DNA of 56,237 nucleotides, filler included, from Sphacelaria rigidula (lineage: Eukaryota): the NCBI GenBank assembly GCA_964200075.2. It is 3 parts of 3 records of this genome, joined end to end, with 100 filler letters (N's around TTAATTAATTAA, not from the genome) between each part and the next. Parts side by side here need not be neighbours in the genome. Positions count along the whole stretch, not along the records: positions 1 to 18,688 come from CAXNAA020000814.1; positions 18,789 to 37,472 come from CAXNAA020000815.1; 1 more part is not named here. One strand, 5' to 3'. A model generated the notes under the pieces. It worked only from the letters and a program-made list of their open reading frames with translations, made no database searches and was not told the origin of the DNA. Of the stretch, positions 13,389 to 21,900 are shown one piece after another. Both the position numbers and the translations under genes were made by a program. The stretch's first letter is position 1, and every line of letters starts with the position of its first letter.

Positions 13389-13688
13389 CCTGGCGAGCGA
13401 GGTTGGCGCGTGCGTAGCGGAGGAAGGGTGTGCAGAAAGGGTCGTCTTTACGCTCCACCTAGAGGTGATGAGGTCAACCCTGCAACCGGCCAGAATACCC
13501 GCAACATCTTTTCATTTGTGCAGTCCACATCTTTTCAAGTACTGCATTGATCCAGTTCAAACTTGGCATGAACAATCCATGGGATACTCAGAACAGTCGT
13601 GCTGAGTTTCTGGGTTTCCCAGACCTGACGGCCGAGGTCGGCGCGTGCGGAGCGAGGAAGGCGTACGCAAAGTGGTCGTTTCCGCGCG
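13389..13688. repeat. Diverged ~65-bp direct repeat, ~235-bp spacing
   Basis: GAGGTTGGCGCGTGCGTAGCGGAGGAAGG (13399) vs GAGGTCGGCGCGTGCGGAGCGAGGAAGG (13634). Confidence 0.6.
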
Positions 13689-14390
13689 TTTTGGCCCAAG
13701 GTGAACAGCGTCACCGTCCGTTCTAGGCTCGTACCGCATAGGTGAAAATAGTTCCACTTGCTCACGCTCCTCCATAGACACGTCATGGGTTCATATATAT
13801 CTCCTGGGGCTTGCACCTTCCTCGATGCTCAGATCTTGCCTGGTGCAGCTTGTGGTCCGCCCTACCATCGTCGGAGGCAAAGTCGAACTTGCTTGCAACA
13901 CGTTATTTTCCAGGTTGACCACCACAAAAAATAATCCAGGTACCCGCAGATACCGTCATATTTTTCATTCGGCGTTTGCTTCGGTTACATTTTGTGGGCA
14001 TAGTGAGTGAGTGACATGCATCAAGTACATTTGCCTCAACTAGTACGTGTGCGGTTTCTTATTCCATGGCTGGCTACAAAAATCAGTCTTTGAATGGCGT
14101 CTACGGTAATTACTCTTTGCATCAGTGACGTTCATACCGTAGTCATTTGGGAGTGTCTCAGGATAACCACGTGACATCCGCAAATACGCCTCCATATTCT
14201 TTCTGATTTGGATTATGACAATTCCAGCCATTGTTGCAGGACCTGGTGGGTTGTGTTGTCTACCGTACCGCGCGGTACTGTTTACCTGTACGTCTGTTAT
14301 ACAGCATTGCAGAGCGCATCGACTTTGGCCACACGGACCGCCTAGGAGATAACGGTAGTAGAACTCACTGTCTAGCTTTGCGAACAAGCA

Positions 14391-16701
14391 ATGTCCTCGC
14401 CAGCGAACTCGGACAGCCGCAGAAGTGATAGCGAGGAGGAGGAGAGCTCAGGCGATGATCAGCCGCTATTCAAATTTGCCTCACGAGGTGAGAGATCAGT
14501 CCTACGGTAGATGAGTGTATAGTGTGGCATACTTATTGTTGACGGATACAAGTATCGTACATCTGCTGTTGGTATGGTCGGTCGTGCACCTCAAGGGCTT
14601 ACTGCTATGCGTGTAGGGATCAGTAGGAAATGCGGGTCGGTTTGCTTTTTGACGATTGAGGCATGATGAGTCGACAACTTGAGGCTTGAAATTTGCGCGC
14701 TCTTTCCGAGTGTCGAATCTGTTCTGCTTTGTGTGCTCCCTCAGACTACGGTGTGTATACCGACTGGGCGTCCGAGAAGCAAATTCCACCCAAAGAGGAG
14801 TGGAGAATTGTGTACCCTCCCAATGCTTCCCCCATCTCCTCCCACACGCGAGTAGAGTAATTGCGTGTGAATTTCACTAAGGTGCAGGCAAGAAACCGCC
14901 GACTACGGTATGACCATTCCATTCTTGTTAAGCGTCCACAAGACGAGAAAGCAGAAACTGGGGCAGAGCACGCGACAGACGGGTCCCTCTGCTGCCGGAG
15001 GCAAAGGTCTACATGATTCCATCCCCCGGCCAAGTTTTGCAATCCCGATTTTATGGTCACCCTCGGTGTTCGCGCCGATGAAAGCTGTGTCGCTGGTAGT
15101 ACAATAACGTTTCATTACTTCGGTAGCGAGATCCATTAAATACTTGGCAAGACTCAGAGGAGTACGTGAACGGCTGTATAATAGGTAAATGTAAAGGACC
15201 TCCCACCATATTTGCATCGTCGACGCCAAACGATTACTCCATGTGCCTAGTACCTTGTTGTGGCCACAAGGTTGCGGCTTCGGAGTCTTGCCTTATAACC
15301 ACCACCCAAATGAATACATGTTGGAGTTCGGCAAAGTTGGGAGGAGAACGAAATGCTCCAAAATAGACCTGGAACGCGAGCACGATGCACGAACGCACGG
15401 ACTAGTCTTTCACTGGGACTGGGAATATGGAGGCCAAGTTTTTAATGGGCAAATCGCCTTGTCCATGGAGCACCCGACACCCTTTACACAAAATCACGGT
15501 TTTTACATCATTAGCATAGGGTGCATCATGGGTACTCCAGACACAACTTGCATCAAACGCGCAGCTTCTGCTGTTGAACGATGTTACGACTACCGCTGTG
15601 CGGTGTAGAAGACCATCGTCCGCTGGAGGGCCAGACAGGATTTCCCTCCGACGCGATTGTGATGGTGGGAGCGAGGCAACGTTCGTTAGGGAGATGTAAG
15701 GGTCTGTAAAGCCTTGCTCTAGTGCTCGCTTTCTTGGCATCAACTTTTACTCTCTTTCAGCGGAGCACAAGATGTTTTGGTTCGTCGTGGTGGTCGTTCC
15801 TCGCAAGGAGCTGAAAATATTGGTTGTGTTCATCTGGCAACAGCATCTTTCATATCAATGAAGCCGGGAGCTCGTGTTGCCATGTATTCGTTCATCGCAC
15901 CAACACAGCAAGACCCCAAAACGCGGGACAAATTTTATGCGTACAGTCTGTGCTGAGAAGACAGCAATCTTGTTGCTCTTGATGCTCTCGAATCACACCC
16001 GCAGACTTCAGGCCAAAAGCCGCATCCGAAGAGGATTCGGACGGAAGCGGATCTGGGAATGCCAGCTCGAACTCTGACGATTCCGATTCTGATGGCGCAT
16101 TCAATTCCTCTCCTGATAACAGGTATGTTACACACGAGGTGTTGAGACGAAATATTTTATTCCAACCGATCCTGTGAGTCACCACTCTGCGTCGGGTCCT
16201 TTGAAAAGTGCCGTGCATGGGGAGATGCGGCGACGGAATTGCAAACGGCAAGCTATAAGTGAATAACGGGGCTCTCGGAAGCAAATTCTGCAGTGATGCG
16301 AACCAAATGATGCTGCGACTTGGTTTCTGAGAGGAACACAAGACATATGATCTGGCAACCAGGAACACCACCCAAAAGCATTTTATGTCACACACATGCG
16401 CATATCACAGGTCGCGAGGCGCGTTGTTGACTACCTTAGAAGCCAGGAAGGCACGCGGTGGCGCCGTGGCCGCGGCTTCCGCCGCCAGTGGGGCCCGCGC
16501 GGGGAGCGCCAACGACTCGTTCACCCTGGACAGCTCGGATGATGACCACCAGATTGAACCTCCGCAACAACGGCGACGACTTATGGACCCCGAGGAAATG
16601 CTGGTGGAAGCGCGGCGGAGGGCGGAAGAGATGATTGCGAGTGGGGGAGGCGGGAGCGGCTCGCGCGATGCGGCGCTCGAGCGGAAACAACAGGCAAACA
16701 G
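14391..16701 (+). CDS. Unknown protein, 5' partial (acidic/Ser-rich N-terminus followed by a charged helical segment); 3' exons not found before the gap
   Basis: Phase-consistent exons: 14391-14487 (MSSPANSDSRRSDSEEEESSGDDQPLFKFASR, donor G|GTGAG); 16005-16122 (DFRPKAASEEDSDGSGSGNASSNSDDSDSDG..., AG|GTATG); 16411-~16701 (SRGALLTTLEARKARGG...FTLDSSDDD...EARRRAEEM...RKQQAN, probable GC donor AG|GCGAG). Confidence 0.7.
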
Positions 16702-16724
16702 GCGAGAGCTACTCGTGTGCGCAC

Positions 16725-17330
16725 TACTGGTGTGTGTGGGTGGAGGGAGGGGGGGCGTACTCATTTTTTGCTTGCCTCGTTTGACCATCGAACACTCATC
16801 CCTTCGAGACAGAGCACCGTTCCTACTCCTGCTAGAGACACCTCAAACGTTCAGGTGCTCATTTTGCTGCTTCCATACATTACACAAGAACCTTTCACGT
16901 ATTTTGTCCCCGTCCTGTTTCGCCGTCCGTGGCCACCATCCATTTAGTATAGCCATCGTTATCTCCCTACTGTCTAATGCATCAAACGATTTCATGCTGC
17001 CGTCGTTCACATCCCTCATTTCCCCTTCTAGCACGTCCCGTTCTTCTTTGCATGGTAAACATTCTGTCACCATGTGGGATCTGCTCTCTATTGCTTTGCC
17101 ACAGGGGCAATTTTGTGCATCTACTTCCTCCTCCTCTCGGCTACTGGTAAATATCTTCTTTGTGGCAGGTCCAGGTCCTCAACCCGAAATCACAGTTTCA
17201 TTTTTTTCGCCGCGTGCATTGGGCCATGCAGATGTGTTTCCATCCCTATCCCCTCTTTCATGCCCCCGTACATCTTCTAGTGCTCTTCCTCATTTACTTT
17301 GCGTCGGAGCGCTCCTTTTCCCCTTATTTA
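16725..17330 (-). mobile_element. Non-LTR retrotransposon (LINE) 3' fragment, degenerate
   Basis: The minus strand reads ...MKEGIGMETHLHGPMHAAKKMKL*FRVEDLDLP / ...EEEVDAQNCPCGKAIESRSHMVTECLPCKEER, a C-terminal CCHC knuckle (C-x-C...E...H...C) typical of LINE ORF2. The 3' tail GGGATG...ATGAGTACGCCCCCC is shared with other copies in the window. Confidence 0.7.
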
Positions 17331-17332
17331 TA

Positions 17333-17590
17333 CGAGCTGCGCCAGCCAATAGGTGGATTTGTAGTTTGCAGGCCCATTAGCCGGCCAATATTTAGAGTTG
17401 GACCATGAAATTTGGTATGGGTAATGCAAGAAAGAAAATTACTAGTGTACCATGTTTTTTCATGAGTTCAGGACAATTTACTGATACCTGAAAGCTGATT
17501 ATTGCCCTTAGCCCATGAAAAAAAACTTTCAGTAAACTCGTAATTTTTTTTTATGCCCTTTGCATTGTCTATACCAAATTTCACGCTCCG
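17333..17590. mobile_element. Truncated end of the CGAGCTGGGCC-TIR element family
   Basis: TA|CGAGCTGCGCCAGCC at 17331, followed by GCCGGCCAATATTTAGAGTTGGACCATGAAATTTGGTATGG, which matches 50947ff and 37918ff. Confidence 0.7.
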
Positions 17591-17594
17591 CCGC

Positions 17595-17888
17595 GCCCCG
17601 GTGGTGTAATGGTCCGACTGTCGTCATTAGGGTGGAGAGAACGGGGGTTCGATTCCCGATGCGTTGGGTTTTTTCCTCGTGATGTATGATTTCCACCGTG
17701 GAAAGCGTGACAACGTGAGTAAAAAAAGTAGTCAACTGGGTCTGTGTGACGTGAGTTGACGCATTGCGGGAGTGCTGACCCAATCCGCGAGATCAACATG
17801 AAAGGCACGTATCGGGGAGAGACGAGGTGATCCCTTGACGGACTCATCCCGAGGAAGGGGAGGGATTCAAAGTGTGTGTGTGAGTAGT
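17595..17888 (+). mobile_element. tRNA-derived SINE
   Basis: Head GCCCCGGTGGTGTAATGG (A box) ... GGTTCGATTCC (B box), no intact cloverleaf, ~200-nt body, (GT)n tail. The 3' end CTCATCCCGAGGAAGGGGAGGG.TTCAAAGTGTG recurs in reverse at ~37424-37460. Confidence 0.7.
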
Positions 17889-18029
17889 AACGGACAGCGA
17901 CACGCTCCACATGAGTCACAAAACAGCAGCGACTCTTCGAGATATATACAAGCCCAGAATATCTTCAATGTTTGTGCTATTCAGGGGGTTCTTCACCCCC
18001 TCCCTCAACTCCTTGAGTGTATGGTGAGA

Positions 18030-18335
18030 CACCCATGAGGCAGTGTATAATCTGTGGCTGTCTCTGGAAGTAGCGCTACTAGGAAATGAACCAACACATT
18101 GGAAGCTATCATCCAGATGCAAGATAATCAGTACGCTTCGAGATGAACAGTCTTAGCAGGATGCACCTCACCCTTCATGCGACTCGCCGAAAACACAACA
18201 GCGCTTCGCGCTTAGTGATTGAATGCGAGCCTGGTCCGGCTAAAACCCGGCGTGCTCTGTCCCGGCTTTGCAGGGATGCGAGGTCAACGGTCTCATGACT
18301 ACGGCATGCAAGATCATCAGTACACCCACCTCCCT
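18030..18335 (+). mobile_element. Retroelement 3'-end copy (GGGATGCGAGGTCAA...CATGAGTAC-C-rich tail family)
   Basis: Collinear with 35598-35830 (CATGAGGCAGTGTATAA...GGCTGTCTCTGGAAGT...AAAACCCGGCGTGCTC). Tail-only copies at ~31900-31970, 32775-32840 and 35525-35595. Confidence 0.65.
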
Positions 18336-18688
18336 GATGAACTATAGGAAGGCGCCGTAATTATCAGTTACAACCTAGAATCCGCCTTCTGGTTAATCTT
18401 CAAGCATAGAGTGGAGGTCCAACCACAGTGCAATCCTCGGCAGTACGATCTCCCATCACAACCCGTTCGAAATCACTCGTCACAAGCCCGATTAGGCGTA
18501 CTAATACCAAAGTCGTTGAACCACGAATTATGGTGCGGGGTCCCATTAACCCTTTTGGGACCGGACCCCCACCAACACAGGGTCAACCCTGTGTTAGTGG
18601 AATAATAAAAAATAAGTCTTCGAGCGACCTACCCAATCACAGGGAGGCGAAATTCATTGACCAGACCCGAACGACCAGCGCGGGGATT

Positions 18689-18788
18689 NNNNNNNNNNNN
18701 NNNNNNNNNNNNNNNNNNNNNNNNNNNNNNNNTTAATTAATTAANNNNNNNNNNNNNNNNNNNNNNNNNNNNNNNNNNNNNNNNNNNN
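18689..18788. other. Assembly gap with artificial TTAATTAATTAA linker
   Basis: 100 nt: N44-TTAATTAATTAA (18733-18744)-N44. The linker has stops in all six frames, and an identical linker lies at 37473-37572. Confidence 0.95.
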
Positions 18789-18913
18789 ATCTAGTCGGGT
18801 CCCGTTGATGTCTCGTGGAAGCGCGTCCCGCCCGTGCGTAGGCGTGACAAAGTTGTAGGGACGGTGGGAAACACGATCTGATTCGGTCCACGCTCCTTTC
18901 CAACACCGTGCAG

Positions 18914-18982
18914 GCATCCCATCGTCCCTCGGGCAGCTCGGGAACCTGCAGTATCTTAACCTCGGCTCCAACCGGCTGAGCG
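18914..18982 (+). CDS. LRR exon A of the ROCO gene (GIPSSLGQLGNLQYLNLGSNRLS)
   Basis: gtgcag|GC...AGC G|gtgagt; phase 1-1, 69 nt; LxxLxLxxNxL consensus. Confidence 0.92.
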
Positions 18983-21900
18983 GTGAGTGTGTGGAACAAA
19001 TCAGCGTGTGTGGGAGCAGGGGCAACGTCGGAACTGTGGAGGATGCGATCTAGTCGGGTCCCGTTGATGTCTCGTGGAAGCGCGTCCCGCCCGTGCGTAG
19101 GCGTGACAAAGTTGTAGGGACGGTGGGAAACACGATCTGATTTGGTCCACGCTCCTTTCCAACACCGTGCAGGCATCCCATCGTCCCTCGGGCAGCTCGG
19201 GAACCTGGAGTATCTTGACCTCCGCTACAACCAGCTGAGCGGTGAGTGTGTGGAACAGATCAGCTTGTGTGGGAGCAGGGGCAATGTTGGAACTCTGGAG
19301 ATGAGGTCAATCTGCGTCCCGTCAACAATGGCACGTGGGACTGCAAAAGGCGATCATCGTCATCTTTTCGTCGGTCAACCTCGGAAACCTCTAGTCGTGG
19401 AGAACAAATAAAGATATGCTGTTGGACCAGCCTACAACCGGCTTGTTATCGAGGTAATGGACAAAGGTAAACATATTGGGTATGAACATGAGATTTCGAA
19501 AACAGCTGATGGGACTATTTCGGAGGTGGATGAGGGCACGCGTCAATGCTGGAGATTATATTTTCGTCTCGTCTTCGGGAGCTTCACAACGTTCGCTTGC
19601 GATACTTTCATCCTCCGTTCGTCAAAACGCGTTTTCCTTTGGAGGTGTCCCGGCCATACGTCGGTGAGTAGGCCATCGCTGGAATATGGTGCCGTCTCCG
19701 ACCGCTTCGTACGTGAAGGGCGAGAACAACGTCTTGATGGTTGCTCGGAAACGTGACCTCTCCACCTCCGCTATGGTTCTGCTGTAGCTTGGAGTGGTCT
19801 TCGAACATTTTCGAAGGTGCTGCTCGTGATCGTGTGCAAAATGGACACCAGCATCGTAGGCAAGATGCGTCGCTGCTCTTGGTCTACACGTTGAATGGTT
19901 GCAGGTTGTCTTGGTGATGCCGGAATACCCCCTGCAGGTCATGCGGGGAATGTGCATCGTTCAAGCTCCCCGGCAGAAGCAGATGTTTACTTTGTTCACT
20001 GCTGTCGAAGTTCTCTGTATTCTTCACCACCTACCGATCACGCCGCGTGTCAATGCAGGACTTTGGAACACGCTTGGGCTGACGGATCAGGCTGGGTCAA
20101 ACGTGGCCGGGCCAGGTGGGTCGGATGAGTTGCCCGGCTATAAAAACATGCGGATATCTGATTTCGTTTCGTGGGGGTACATTGCTTATCGTTCTCTTGT
20201 GTTGTAGGAGCGTCTCACACTTGCGAAGTCGGAGGCTTGGATTGGGAAAACGGACTCTGCTCGAAGGTTCACTTTTATGTATGATGAACACACGGGTATG
20301 TCTGCTGAGCGTTCCAAGAATATTGATGCGGATCAAAGAATGTAATACCGTGTATTTTGCTCGACATGCTGCTCACTCGTGGCGTAGCCCTATCTTCGCT
20401 CACCATCTGTTGCATAACGGGAGGCTACTGTGAAGCGCAGTCTGATCGTCTCGTGCGTGCTTGTGTAGGCGGTGGAAACACTGATAACTCGCAAGGAGGA
20501 TATACCGGCCGGTCCATTCAGGGGCCGGTCGCCCCGGTTGCTCAGTAGGGAACGGAGCGATCTGGAATCTTTTCTCATACCATGCCCAACAGTGGAGAGC
20601 GTCTATGTCGTGGGTACACAAAGTTCGGCTCAACGGTCGACGAGGGAAGGAGATTGCTGAACCCCTGTCGCGATAAAAATGAAGAAGAAAAGCTCGTGTC
20701 TTGACCTTCCTCCTGTGTGACCCCGGCTGATGCACCCACATACACCGAAAGGTGTAGACACTGGTGCCCAGAATAAATGGGACGACAACACATATACCCC
20801 CGAATTGATGTTGGATTTCTCAGTAGGCACCAGGTTCAAAACAACCTGTCTGTGAGACTCGACAGCTCCGCCTCACCCGAAGAATGCAATGTCGGGAAAG
20901 CGGCCTGGTCGGTGTTGAGGCATGAGATGTGTGGGATGCACTCGATTGTACAACACGATGGTTCCATGTTTCCGCCCAACCACATGCTGTACGTCTCATT
21001 TTGGCTATTTCAAGGTACTCTCCCGGGAGCATTGGCCTCTCTCCTTGACATGTTCGACAGGACACGAATTTTGTACCTTGAGCAAAACCCGTGGGAGCAC
21101 CCTCCCGAGTCAATCGTGGCGGGCGGTATGTCGGCGGTGAGAAGTTACTTCGAAGCCATATTCAGCGACGGAACATCCACTGTGACCCGACCACTCAAGG
21201 TTGTCATCATTGGCAAGGAGACGGTTGGCAAGACAAGGTACGAGTTGCATTCCTCGTCTTGTGCATGGTCGACTTTGACCCCACCACTCAAGGTTGCCAT
21301 CGTTGGAAAGGAGACTGTAGGCGAGACGAGGCACGGCGATGAATCCTTGTGATTGTCGCAAACTACACCTAATGCTGCTGACAAGCCACAGAACGACCGT
21401 GCTAAACGGGTTTTTGTAACGTGGGAGAAATCTGTGTTGAAAGGATCGTGCACTCTCTGCACTGCCACAGTTTGCGGCGCAGCATCACGACCGGGAAGCC
21501 ATGCATGACCAGAAAAGGTGGTCAGGAAAGCACTGTCCACGTGGATGTCGAAGATCACACGGTCAATGGTCATCGAATTCGAATGTTTGATTGTGCCGGC
21601 CAGGTGAGACATTCTGATCCTATGGGTACGCTCACGTGATGTGTCGATGCACTTTTCCACTTGGAGTTGTGTGGTGGTCACAGACAGCTTTCATAGTTCT
21701 CTAGCTTGTCGCATGACATCTTCGCCTGGAATTGACACGGTGTCACTGATGTTCTTAGGCTCATACCGCGATCAGCTATAGTCAAATTACCGTCGATGCC
21801 TCGGTCTTGATGGTGAGAAGCAGGAGCCCACGGGCGAATTCGTAGTCTCGAAGTTCGGTATCATGTCGAGAACGCATCACTCCTGCTGCGAAGTTATTGC

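Larger units (their letters stand above)
18789..19300 (+). repeat. Tandem 259-bp LRR exon+intron cassette array (two units visible, left end in gap)
   Basis: 18789-18913 vs 19048-19172 differ at 1 of 125 nt. Each unit holds one 69-nt exon and a 190-nt intron. Confidence 0.95.

Noticed and set aside
14900-15750. Possible piggyBac-like transposase relic on the minus strand (WWEVLYIYL...LMDLATEVM)
   Set aside because: Similarity is too vague, and no catalytic motifs or TTAA/TIR ends were identified.
16385-17380. 331-aa ORF as a single-exon gene
   Set aside because: Only 16411-~16701 looks coding. The remainder is the antisense strand of a LINE fragment.
17595-17670. Functional tRNA gene
   Set aside because: The A and B boxes are present but the anticodon and acceptor stems do not pair, and the downstream body and tail indicate a SINE.
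18733-18744. TTAATTAATTAA palindrome (also 37517-37528)
   Set aside because: Artificial six-frame-stop linker centred in N runs, not biological. Adjacency across these gaps is unverified.
18904-18910. CACCGTG just before each LRR acceptor, resembling a V(D)J RSS heptamer
   Set aside because: No nonamer at 12- or 23-nt spacing, and a 6/7 match is expected by chance.
18733-19176. Minus-strand ORFs over the LRR array
   Set aside because: Antisense shadows of the repeat. The plus strand has the splice sites and LRR consensus.
14391-19241. Joining the acidic orphan exons to the ROCO gene as its N-terminus
   Set aside because: They are separated by an artificial gap, the phases do not match directly (2 vs 1), and there is no LRR N-cap similarity.
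18789-19300. CRISPR-like or DGR-like reading of constant repeat plus variable segment
   Set aside because: Eukaryotic spliced exons. No cas or reverse-transcriptase gene nearby, and the substitutions are not adenine-specific.
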